Origin: a bacterium | Lineage (GTDB): Bacteria; Acidobacteriota; Thermoanaerobaculia; Thermoanaerobaculales; Sulfomarinibacteraceae | Length of the DNA: 64,000 bases | Reading direction: 5' to 3' | NCBI GenBank assembly: GCA_024229275.1 | Contig: JAAESQ010000884.1 | Span: forward strand, 6,120 to 70,119 | Shown: piece by piece, positions 16,701 through 25,900 of the stretch | Layout: each line of letters starts with the position of its first letter | Position numbering within the stretch: position 1 is the stretch's first letter | Position numbers and translations under genes: made by a program | Notes under the pieces: model-generated | The model's database searches: none | What the model was told of the DNA's origin: nothing | What the model saw: only the letters and a program-made list of their open reading frames with translations

Positions 16701-19700
16701 CTTGGGGGAGAGTGAGCCGCGTTGGCCTTCGCGGCGCTGCTCTGCTGGGGTGAGCTCTACTGGCTCGGCTTCTGCTTCTTCTAATAGGCCGGGGGTAGCG
16801 GGGGCCGCTGGACCGCTGAGCTGTCCAGCAGTTTCTTCACCTTCCGTAGAAACTGTCTGAGCTTTTCTTCCGAGAAGCGAGGATACAGCCTCTCGGACTG
16901 CTCCGTAGGCTTCTTCTCTGACGGCATTGGCATTCTTCCCGGACGCCAAGTCCTTAGCGCCCTTGCGGATGGCATCGTCAACTGGGCCACTCCGCAGTGC
17001 CAGTTTATCATAGATTTCCAGACTTTCAGCAACGCCTTTTGCAATGGCGGCGTTCCGTTCTGCTTGAATCACATTCCCCGCTTCGCCGAGTTGCGCTGCG
17101 GCGGCTTCCTTGCCAACCATCTCGAACAGCTTCTTTTCGCGGGAGAGGCGCTTTCTGATGTAGCTGTCAAGCTGTGCTTCCTCAACTGCAAGATTCTGCA
17201 GGACTTCCACATCTCCAAACAGGGTCTGCTCAGTTTCCGAAACTCGCTCAGCCCGTGTAACGCGACGGGCCAGCGTCTCAACCTCGCTGTTCGTCAGGCG
17301 CTTGCCTTTTTGTTGCGCCCTGTTCAGCAGCTCGAGGGCTGCTTTCTGGTCGGCCGGTTCAGCCAGCGTATCTCCGATGATGGCCCCATGCTTGAGGTCG
17401 AGGTCCCCAGAGGTCACCATCTCGAAGATTGGGGCCGTAAGGCGGGACAGTGCGACACCCTCACGGGCAAGTGGCTCGCGCAACGTTATGCTATGTTCCT
17501 GAAGTTTTTCTGGCGTGATCCCCATATCCCGAAAGAGTGTCGCCGCGTCTATAGCGCTACCGCGCCCTTCGGCGATGTTGATCAACGCTCCCTCGGCTCT
17601 GGCTTCTTGTGCGGTGTCGGCGTCCAGATATTGCACGTCGATGTTTTTCTGGCCGGTCCGCTGGGCCAATTCCAGACGATGATGCCCATTTACAACGTAG
17701 GTCTTGCCATCCGCCGGATCTTTCCAAACTGAGATCTCGCCACCAAGCTTTGGGACAAATTTTTCTACATCTTTCAGCGTTTCGCTGACGCCGGCTTTGC
17801 CGCCGGTCTCCCGTTTGAACTGAAACCGGACCGGGTCAACCGCGATGCTGTCTACGGGAAGTTCGAACACCCGAGAGGAGGGAGCGACCGCTCCGGCTAA
17901 CGCTTTCGGCGTCGTCACTCCACCGGAGAGAATCTCGCCCACCTGTATTCTCGCTGGCAATTGCGTGTGACCAGATTTCTCCGATGCCGCAAGCCGAAAA
18001 TTCCCCTCTACCAGCCTGACTAGATTGCGCTTCGGGTCATACCAGAGGATGAGCGGGGTTTCCACCCCGTTCTCGGCCATGTCTGCGGCAAGCTGGTCGA
18101 TGTACTGCTCAGTCGGCAGGCCCTCCCTGGTTTTTGGCCGCTGCTTGGGATCGCGCCGGTCAAATTCCGCGATGGACCGCAGTTCTTCGACCGGAATCAT
18201 GGTCGCCTGTTCCCATTCTGCCGAGGGCTTTTCCTTGATTCGGGCCTCGGTGAGCGCCTGCCCCTTGCCTGCTTTGGCGGGAGGAGGAGCCGGTGCACCA
18301 GCCGCCTCCTCCTCGGGTTTTTCGATAGCAGGGCTAACGTCCAAGGCGGTGGGAGCCCCTTCCGCCCCTCTTGCCGGAGCTTTCACGCTGCCATCTGGCT
18401 GCCGCTCGACCAAGCCTTCGTTGACCATTCGGTCAAGTACTTGGCCAGCCTGATCGAGCGAGATACCGAATTCGCGCCGGAGCTTCGTCTTGCCGAAATA
18501 GGGGCGCTTCTCGTCTTTCGCCCAGTCCGAGATTTGGCCGTACAGTTCGTCCGAGACCTCCTCCGGCACCGCTTCCGGCTTTTTGGGTGGCTTTGCCTTC
18601 TTCTTCCGCAGTAGCTTGTCAGCGGCTTCTCGCGTGCCAGAAAAGATGGTCTCGCCACCTTGCTTCAGGCGAACCCATGGCGTCTCGGTGATACCGGTCT
18701 CCTCGGTAATGGGCGGCTCACCGTCGATGGGAATCTCAGTCGGTGGTTCTGCCTTGGCCTTTGGTTTCGACGCAGCCGATGGGTGAACAATCGCTCCGGC
18801 ACCAACACCACCCAAGAATCCCCCCAACGCCTCAATGCCTGAGCCTTCCCATGGGTAGAACTCCGGCATTCCAGGAAATGCTTCCTGTAAAACCGACCGG
18901 CCAGTGGCTCCCTGTAACACCTCTTGAACAGGCTCAGACACGCCACCAGCCAGAGCCCGAACTCCACGGTTACGAATGAACGGGTTTAGAAGCCCCGCGA
19001 AGTTCAACGCCGCTGTGACTGGAACGTCCTTGGCGAACGACTCCACAAATAGGTCCCCTGCGGCCTTGTCGCTTTTCCCATACTCCTTCGCGGTGTCATA
19101 GGTTTCACCAGCGTTCACAAAGCTCTCGGAGAGAGATAGTGCCCCAGTGGCCTTCGCCGCCCCGCTCACCGTGTTGATGCCCTTGAGCATCCTCGCCATC
19201 GGCATCAGGAATGTCAGCATAGAGCCGCCAGCATTCCCAGCGTGGTGCGCGATGTATTCCGCGTCGAGCAGTAGCCATGGGGCCTCAAGCGGGTCCGTGG
19301 CGAACTTCTCAGCCTTCTCCGCCGTCGCTGGTAGTGAACCTTCGATAGCTTGCTTGCTGAACTTCTGGATCTCTTTCCCCACAGCCTTGAGAAGCGGGGC
19401 CCCTGCCTCATCCAGCAAGGTCTTGCGCATGGCGACATCTGGGGTCTGTTCCAGAATTGTTCCCAATGCTTCGAATCCAGACCCGGCCGTGCTCAAGACT
19501 CCATGCACGCCCATGCTCCCAGCTCGCATGAACGTGTCAAGGAGGCCCGGAACGTCTGCCTCGGTTGTACCAGCCAATGATGGCGGTTCAAGCGCGCGCT
19601 CCGTGGACGCCGCTGCGGCCGTCAGGACAGGGTCCGGCGGGGTTGGAATTCCGGGAAGGCCAGTTTGTTCTGCCCCTGGAGGTATGGGGACAGCCGTCTC

Positions 19701-20033
19701 GGCGGGACCGATTGGCGGGGTGACGCCACTGCTGATGAAGTCCGGCTGTTCCGGCGCATCCACGAACGCGCCCCGCTGGAGCCGGTCCAGTTCCTGCTCG
19801 ATGCCGGGACGGGGATCTGCTGGCGTCGCTGTCAGATTCTCCAGGTCCAGCACCATCTCCGGCTCGGGGCGCAGCCTCGGATCGGCGAGAAACTTGTGCT
19901 GCTCCTCTTTCGAAAGTTCGGTGAACTCCGGATCCGCCCATTGGACCACCTTGACTTGCTCATCAAGTGGGAGTTCGCGGAATTCCGGGTCCAGAAGGAT
20001 CTGCGGAACTGGCGGATAGTTAAACGTGGCCAT
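13758..20033 (-). CDS. giant (2091 aa) multidomain virion-module protein with two ParB/Srx-like domains; putative ejected polyvalent protein
   Basis: Single uninterrupted ORF. ParB-like motifs are LVEGNFRLAASEKSG (~nt 17934-18200) and VVNGHHRLELAQRTG (~nt 17619-17870). There is a winged-helix stretch resembling FtsK-gamma, KTKLRREFGISLDQAGQVLDRMVNEGLV (~nt 18384-18536). The protein also has a Pro-rich N-terminus and a Gly-zipper hydrophobic region. It sits in the slot that T7 gp16 occupies. Confidence 0.7.
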   Translation of the reverse strand: MATFNYPPVPQILLDPEFRELPLDEQVKVVQWADPEFTELSKEEQHKFLADPRLRPEPEMVLDLENLTATPADPRPGIEQELDRLQRGAFVDAPEQPDFISSGVTPPIGPAETAVPIPPGAEQTGLPGIPTPPDPVLTAAAASTERALEPPSLAGTTEADVPGLLDTFMRAGSMGVHGVLSTAGSGFEALGTILEQTPDVAMRKTLLDEAGAPLLKAVGKEIQKFSKQAIEGSLPATAEKAEKFATDPLEAPWLLLDAEYIAHHAGNAGGSMLTFLMPMARMLKGINTVSGAAKATGALSLSESFVNAGETYDTAKEYGKSDKAAGDLFVESFAKDVPVTAALNFAGLLNPFIRNRGVRALAGGVSEPVQEVLQGATGRSVLQEAFPGMPEFYPWEGSGIEALGGFLGGVGAGAIVHPSAASKPKAKAEPPTEIPIDGEPPITEETGITETPWVRLKQGGETIFSGTREAADKLLRKKKAKPPKKPEAVPEEVSDELYGQISDWAKDEKRPYFGKTKLRREFGISLDQAGQVLDRMVNEGLVERQPDGSVKAPARGAEGAPTALDVSPAIEKPEEEAAGAPAPPPAKAGKGQALTEARIKEKPSAEWEQATMIPVEELRSIAEFDRRDPKQRPKTREGLPTEQYIDQLAADMAENGVETPLILWYDPKRNLVRLVEGNFRLAASEKSGHTQLPARIQVGEILSGGVTTPKALAGAVAPSSRVFELPVDSIAVDPVRFQFKRETGGKAGVSETLKDVEKFVPKLGGEISVWKDPADGKTYVVNGHHRLELAQRTGQKNIDVQYLDADTAQEARAEGALINIAEGRGSAIDAATLFRDMGITPEKLQEHSITLREPLAREGVALSRLTAPIFEMVTSGDLDLKHGAIIGDTLAEPADQKAALELLNRAQQKGKRLTNSEVETLARRVTRAERVSETEQTLFGDVEVLQNLAVEEAQLDSYIRKRLSREKKLFEMVGKEAAAAQLGEAGNVIQAERNAAIAKGVAESLEIYDKLALRSGPVDDAIRKGAKDLASGKNANAVREEAYGAVREAVSSLLGRKAQTVSTEGEETAGQLSGPAAPATPGLLEEAEAEPVELTPAEQRREGQRGSLSPKPIPDEMEGFESALPPEAAAEFEAAAEVPAPSAITKWKNRLSRGWHAVSRSYLELDRKLYGGLIFELQRLEKQRSVAIHDASQAVIDTVGSLDQKQYREFIEKVIIDDMVETHDRMTKDGTEWNDLPFKLTPEQLKESQKKATAAADADPAIQKAISEHKRYLNEAKTELIEAMRAIDRNDVAEKLNREDYYHHRVIEYIEEQVAAGNKDYASAARELSSPRSSYMRGRVANPLNFSTDYLQAQFEVLQQMMWDARRAEAIAWIEDEKNGINETGEFKQKAHEHNKSIVLPKLEAAAKEQDTTPEKLYKGLTQREIQDLAGEHWINPADPKRMVKAFGRRTHEVWQPDKGNVFYSGQTVEEKLAEQILEAGGKEVGITADDLRRALLVGGKRRQIILTKEVAATLKDFGDADRGKGVERAMKVAFGKTLRAWKQWMLLMPTRAIKYNLRNLSGDAEATFVGNPKAFRQLRRAMKDLKQMFFGDGEMSPELRTWFDRGGIGSLLQVQEIGDLNRLEQLESLVNRRHSKPNLLKRAWNSYYWGTVQKATNFRESVLRYANYLEYLDQLEKTDGQPANYGASLREEVDALDSIHDKAFKLSNDMIGAYDDISVAGQAIRKYFYPFWSFQEINARRYGRLYRNAASDGKLATTVGRKVLGKAASPYTLYRIGSLTVKVLAFKALMAALNDWRSPEEEKDIPENERQKTHIVLGRTEDGKVVTFNRIGIADDFLEWFGLDGTQEYARQYLNGRRTLREIAVEMAKSPANKIASGLMPQYKLIGELGFSRSAFPDVFKPRTIHDRQEFLATQLGVPKDAYRKLVGKPAPKNWATKALWKAVVYEYDPGEIAYYGAKDEVRRFNKDQGYGDVSWGGDSSGKSEALYNVKQAWRYKDGEALERHLAEYFALGGNLTGIKTSLQNMDPLNDIRKKDRKEFLESLDGEQKEQLTKAEEYWNEVLKGKVKEIMGAAKQVRTEVRAKEKAGGD

Positions 20034-20034
20034 T

Positions 20035-21204
20035 TCAGAATGATGGCGAAATCAGATATTTTTGTCGGAAAGATTCGGCTGTCTTCTCTGGCGGCTTGCC
20101 TTGTGGGTAGTCTTTCTTGTCGTCCTCCTGGAAGATGCCCCATTGCTGGAATTTCGCCTGAAGCCGTGGCACAATCACTTCCCGCATGTTCCGGCTGGCC
20201 TTCAAATCGGCCCCTTTGCCCAAGAGAGTTTGGTAGTCATCTTCAATCTTTTGAGCACGCTTCACGTAGCTATCGACAGCTCTCTTGAATGGCCCAGTGT
20301 CCCCAGCCAGGTACTTGTCGTAGAGTTGTGTCCAGGCGTCTTTCGAGATATCGTCGTCCTCTTCTGTGTCCTGCAGCGCCTCCATCTTGGTCGCCCTGTT
20401 CTCCTCCAACACGGCAAGATGCTGCGGGCTATAAGGGCGTTTCCCTGTTTGCCGTGGCTGTCTCGGCGGGGCATCGGCTGGGCCTAAGTCCCAAGGCGTA
20501 ACTTTCCCGTCCTCATAAACATCGAGCCACTTGTGCCCGCCTTGATAGCGTGTTTCGAAATGTGGTGCTGGGCCTTTCTGCTCATCTGGTGTGGGTTCTA
20601 CCTCCCATTTGCCCTTGGTGACGTTGTACAGGCCCCCGCTGGTTTGCAGGATGCGGTCCTTCGTGGTAGCTTCGACTTCCCATTTGCCTTTCGTGACGTT
20701 GTATAAACCGCCGCCGACGGACCGGATGGTGTCGGCCGGCGGTGCCGGCTTCGCGTTCCGCGCCCGCTGCAGCTGCCCCATGTAGGCCGCCAACCGGGCT
20801 CGGCTTTCGATCCCTCGACTCTGGACATTCTGAATGGCGGAAACGCCTCTGATCTTGGCCAGTGTCCGATCCAACTCCCTGTCTTCCTGGCCCTGGATGT
20901 AGCCTTGCGCGCCCATCAGCCCTCGAAAGACGTCCGTCGGGCCACCGGTCGTCGACGGCGTAGCGGCAGCGGCGATACCTGGTCCCAGCAAGCCCTGCAA
21001 CACTGGAGCTATCCGCCGTCGCTGGCTTTTCTTCTTCGGTTTGCTACGCACAAAGGGAGGGGTACGAGCATCGACAGGGGCTGGGCCGGCATCTCCGTTC
21101 AGGAGGATCTTGAGCAGTTCTTCGGAGATAATCGGCTCATCCTCATAGAACAGCCCGCCGATGCGCCGTGGTATCTGTCTGAGGAAGCCGCCAACGTCTG
21201 GCAT
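20035..21204 (-). CDS. putative internal virion protein (389 aa)
   Basis: Basic N-terminus. Tandem repeat GGLYNVTKGKWEVE x2. Its position matches a T7 gp15-type core protein (inference). Confidence 0.5.
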   Translation of the reverse strand: MPDVGGFLRQIPRRIGGLFYEDEPIISEELLKILLNGDAGPAPVDARTPPFVRSKPKKKSQRRRIAPVLQGLLGPGIAAAATPSTTGGPTDVFRGLMGAQGYIQGQEDRELDRTLAKIRGVSAIQNVQSRGIESRARLAAYMGQLQRARNAKPAPPADTIRSVGGGLYNVTKGKWEVEATTKDRILQTSGGLYNVTKGKWEVEPTPDEQKGPAPHFETRYQGGHKWLDVYEDGKVTPWDLGPADAPPRQPRQTGKRPYSPQHLAVLEENRATKMEALQDTEEDDDISKDAWTQLYDKYLAGDTGPFKRAVDSYVKRAQKIEDDYQTLLGKGADLKASRNMREVIVPRLQAKFQQWGIFQEDDKKDYPQGKPPEKTAESFRQKYLISPSF

Positions 21205-21225
21205 CTGAGCGTGTCCTCCCTTCGT

Positions 21226-22770
21226 TTAGAAATAAGCCGGTATCGTCGGCCACAGTCCTGGGTTTGCTCCAGGGGAGGGACGCGTGGGAAGCGCACCGCC
21301 ACCGCCACCGCCGCCCGGCTTCAGCAGACCAGCTAGCGCCCCGGCTCCACCACCCGTAAACATATTCAGCGCTCCCATGCCGACCCCGCCGAGAGCCTTG
21401 GTCAGCCAGGCAGAGCTTGGCAACTCGTTAGCGTAGGTCTGAGCGTAGTTTCTGGAAGCGTCGTTGCCGAAGCCGCGGGCCGCATTGGCGGAATTGAGCA
21501 TATTTATAATGTCCTGCTGGCCCATTCCCGCGATTTCCTGGAACGGCTGATTCTGTATGTCCCGCATCCACTGCTCGAACTGCTGGCCTTGCCCGAACTG
21601 CTCCTTCCCGAGCTGGACCCCCAGGAGGTCCATCTGGTTCATCTGCTGCTTGATGTTCGAGACAGCTTCCCAGTCCTGCTGCTGCATCGCCCGCTGCAGT
21701 TGGGCATTGAGGGCGCGTTGTTGCAGGAGTTGGTTTGAACGATCCGCTGTGCGCTCGACGTTGCCTTCGGCTCTACCGGAGCGAATGCCTTCAATCCCGA
21801 GTTGCCGCGCGAGATCGGTCTCCTTCAGCCCCTGGACATTGCCAGACAGCGCCTGGCGGAGACCGATATCGGTGCCCATCTGAGCCTGCCCTAGCCCGAG
21901 CTCGCCAGCCAGTTCCTGCCGAGCTGCATCACTGAGAGCGCCACCCTTGGTCAGCGCCAACCGCATCGCGCGATCGGCGAACGCACCGCTCTCGCGGCCG
22001 ATCACGTCGTCTATGGCCCGAGCCCGCTGTCCGCCAACCCGAGACATCGCCGCCTGCCCCTCTGGAGAGTTCGGGTCGATGCCGAACTTCTTCAGGGACC
22101 GCATCGTCCGGGCGACTTCCGGCGCGAACGACCGAGCCACTGTGCCGGCGCGGAATTCGCCAGTCGGACGGGTCTGCTCCAACTCGTCGTAGGCAGTGGT
22201 GAACCCCTCGCCGAGGAGGTCGCGGACATCATCGAATGCCGCCCGATTCCGACCGCGGAGCTCGCCGAAGCCCTGGCCGGCGATGTCGATCAAGTTGCCG
22301 TAGTCGTCCGTCGCCCCCTCCACCAACTCGTTGGTCTTGCGGGAGGAGATGCCCGCCTCCCGGAGAGCGGATTCGGTGATCTCGTCGCGGACCTGATCAC
22401 TGGTACGGCCGATATTGCCGGCCTGTTCATCCATGAAGCGGGAGATCTGGTCAGCGGTCATGTTGGCCGGGGTGACACCTTGCTGGTAGGCCGACAAGAT
22501 GTCTTCCAGGCGACCGCCACCCTTGGCCAACACATCCTTGAACGGCATGATCTGCTCGCCAGTCCCCCGGACGTCGCCCACGTCGGGCGCACCAGCGGCA
22601 GCTTGCTGTTTCCAGTACTGGAGGGCGAGATCTCTCATCGCCTGGCCGCTCTGTCCGAACTTCTCCGACTTGTCGAGCCAGTTCTTGAACTGCTTGAAAG
22701 TCCACGCTCCCATTTCGCGCGGGAAGCCCTTCGCTTCCTTGCCTGCTGTGGAAAGTCCGAAAGCTGGCAT
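21226..22770 (-). CDS. putative internal virion protein (514 aa)
   Basis: Long Q/A/R-rich helical protein ending in a Gly-rich hydrophobic tail (GGVGMGALNMFTGGGAGALAGLLKPGGGGGGG). Its position matches a T7 gp14-type protein (inference). Confidence 0.5.
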   Translation of the reverse strand: MPAFGLSTAGKEAKGFPREMGAWTFKQFKNWLDKSEKFGQSGQAMRDLALQYWKQQAAAGAPDVGDVRGTGEQIMPFKDVLAKGGGRLEDILSAYQQGVTPANMTADQISRFMDEQAGNIGRTSDQVRDEITESALREAGISSRKTNELVEGATDDYGNLIDIAGQGFGELRGRNRAAFDDVRDLLGEGFTTAYDELEQTRPTGEFRAGTVARSFAPEVARTMRSLKKFGIDPNSPEGQAAMSRVGGQRARAIDDVIGRESGAFADRAMRLALTKGGALSDAARQELAGELGLGQAQMGTDIGLRQALSGNVQGLKETDLARQLGIEGIRSGRAEGNVERTADRSNQLLQQRALNAQLQRAMQQQDWEAVSNIKQQMNQMDLLGVQLGKEQFGQGQQFEQWMRDIQNQPFQEIAGMGQQDIINMLNSANAARGFGNDASRNYAQTYANELPSSAWLTKALGGVGMGALNMFTGGGAGALAGLLKPGGGGGGGALPTRPSPGANPGLWPTIPAYF

Positions 22771-22921
22771 TGATCACCTCTCTCCCGTCTGATATAGTCC
22801 ACAAATGCCCAGAAGGCGGTTCCGTAGAATTGCTTGGGAGTTATTCCAAGGCCTCATAATCGGAAGCTTGCTTTTCTTGCTTCTCACTATCGTCTACCTC
22901 GCTGCCAATCGCTGACACCCA

Positions 22922-25900
22922 CTACGGCGTCCCCATGATGTGATTGTGACCACCATCCGCCGCAACGGCACCACCGTGATCGTGGTTCGGAGCGGATACG
23001 TTAGTGTGCGTGTGGAGGTTGTACGTTGTCGTCCCGACCTTATTAGCCAATAGAGCATCTACTTCTGCCTTCGTGTACCTGTCGTTCAATTGCGTTTGGA
23101 GCGCACTTGTTACTCCAGCTAAGTAGGCCAGCTCTACATTAGTCACTGTGCTGCTGATAAGATTCTTGCTGCCGTCCGTGTAGCAAGCCCGTAGCGCCGT
23201 TAATGTTGGCAGTTCCAGAGCACCATTTAGCCTGGACGCGCCGGACACATGGAGTGCTTCGGAGGCGTTCCTTGCGTTCGTACCCACACCTAAGAATGCA
23301 CTGATCGCGGCCCAACCGTCGGTAGCCGGATAGTCGTAGTTCACACCAAGTGCCTTCGCCTTGGCCCTGCCTACGTAGTTGACCAAAAACCCCTCTGCGT
23401 TTATGAGTGCTGTTGACGCTTGATTGGCATGGATGTTAGCCTCAATGCGAAGCTGCATAGGCCTACTGTTGCTAGTGTCCTCCAGTCGGACCTGATACGT
23501 CGTACCTATCTCGTCACTGCTCAGCGCAGCCCATAGTCCGCTAACTTCCTTCCAACCAGTATTCCCGACACCACTCTCCTTAAGCCACAGCACACCTGCA
23601 TCGTCCAATGCCAAAGATCCAGCATTTGCCGTGATCACGCCCTCAGGAGTTCCATTCAGAGACTCAATCTTTTTCACAAAGGTCGGGCTGTCATTAATTC
23701 CAAGCTCAATGTGATCATCTACCTTCAGGATTTCGTACTGGTTCCCGATATGCTGGGCCTGCCATTTGCCAGCGCCATAGCACATGAGCAGAACGACTTG
23801 GTCATCCCGCTCCAGCCGATATGTTGCGGCATTGTTAATGGTATCAGCTCCAGCCGCATCCAGGATCACTGCGTTGCCGCCGGTCAGATTCTGAATGAAA
23901 TACCACATCCCAGAACGTGTCAAATCACTGCCGTCTGGTAACGTCAGCGTGATGTCTCCCGTAGTCGTATCAACCGCGATCATGTGTATGGTGTCGCCAA
24001 GTGAGTCGTTCGCATCGAGAAAGTCATACCCAAGGCCGTTGCCGAAGCGGGCCAGGGGCATCCAGCTTGATGCATTATTGAATACCCATCCATAGGGCTC
24101 TACCTTCTCCGGTAGCGTATTAAAGACTACATCGCCCACATCATGATCCGAATCCGTTGGGATGGCAGAAGCCAGCTCGTAAGCGATCGGTGTCACCTGA
24201 ATTGACTCTAGTTCTGCAACCGTGTTGTCGAAGATCAGAAATAGCTCGCCATCGCCTCGTCTCGATGATGGCAGCCGTCCAGTATGGCGAAAGTACGTCG
24301 CCTTGGTCGTATCACTGTGTCCGTGTGTCTGATTGTACAGTTCGTCTCTGTGGCGTAGGTAATGTGTCCCGACTCCTGTGTCGGTAATATCCACTGCAGC
24401 GCCACCCTGCGATGTAGATACTTGTAACGTATTAGCGGTGGCGTTGATTACCCAATAGCTCGTTCCTTGGACCAATGGATCTGGCAACGTAGCGGTAGTT
24501 CTGAATTGCACGCGATCATCATTGTTCTGGCCGTGGCCCGTACTGCTGATAACGTCCGTTCCCGCATCGACCGTACACGTGCCGACATCCTCCAGATAAA
24601 ACGCGGATTGCCCACCACCCGCTGTGATTTTGCGAGCCCAATACTCAAACAGCAACCGGCGATGAGATGGGCGCTTCAATGACGTGTTCCAAAACAGTGA
24701 CCCGGTTGTCACTTGGAACACCCATCGCCCGGTCACGCCGCTTTGTATGAATGGGTAACTTGACAAGACAGGACCACTCACACCTTGCCAATTCTTGTAG
24801 TCTAGGCGATACTCATCATAAGCACCGTCTTGAAGCGGGGCATCTGGTAACGGTAATTCTGGGTCATTGTCAAGAAATCTAACGTGCTGTTGATAGGTTG
24901 TACTCCAGCTGTTCGTGGTGATTTTTGCCGTCACTTCCGGGACGCCGCCAACTCCAACGTTCCATGTATTATGCGCGAATTCAAGGCCCCATCGCGGATC
25001 AACATCGAAGTACGGCGTTGAAGTACCAGAACCGCTCCCCTTGGTGGTGCTAAATCTGTTCTCCACCACTCTCGTCCAAAGGTCGTTGGTCGTTATCAGG
25101 TAGGTAGTGCTGTCCCGTGCGGTTGCCGGATTCTCAAAAAAGCAATTAAAGATGGTATGGTGGAGGCTGCTGTCCAGGTAGATGCCGCCAACGCGGTAGT
25201 TGACCAACATGTCGCATTGCGACAAGTTATTGGAAGAGCCAATGAAATCAACCCCGGTCACTATCTTGTATCTGCTTTGCCAATGACGGGCATTTTGATG
25301 GAGCCGCGTCGTCGATATTTCATTAATGTCACACCCGCTAAATAGAATCCCGAGTCCGTACTGGCGAAAGTCACACAAGCTGATCTGGCTGTCGAATAGC
25401 TTGTTTGTGTGGAACGCTACTCCGTAGCCACGAAGCTCGCTTAACGTGGGGGCTGTGGCGGTCTCATAGTTTGCATCCAAGGCAGAGTTATACTCACCTC
25501 GGAAATAGACCTGCCTGACAATGACACCCAAAATAAAGCCCTGCTTGTCCCAGTCGGACTCTGGGTTTTCTGGGGTGGTTACATCATCCCACTCTCGGTT
25601 TAGCTTGATACCATTCTTTGCGTAGAGCGTAAAGTTCTCAAAGCGCATTCCGGTGATGAGCGGCACTTTAGTACTTGCCGGGGTGGCCAACTCGGTGAGC
25701 ATCTCAAACGTGAAATCGTCATCACCGTTGAACAAATATACCGTGGAGCGCGAATCACCGATGAGGCGCGTGTGTTCGCCGAGCGTCACTTTACCATTGA
25801 GAATATAGGTGCCGAACGGGATTTCCACGTAGTCTACGTCGGCTAGCGCCGCGTTGAATCCATCTGTGGAATCTGGTCCTATCCCAGCCGTTGCCCCTGA

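Noticed and set aside
13758-20033. Calling the 2091-aa protein a tape-measure protein (siphovirus/myovirus interpretation)
   Set aside because: I see no tail tube, sheath or chaperone-frameshift genes between the capsid and this ORF. Instead the gene order follows the podovirus pattern of adaptor, nozzle, tailspike and two core-type proteins. The ParB-like enzymatic domains are also atypical for tape measures.
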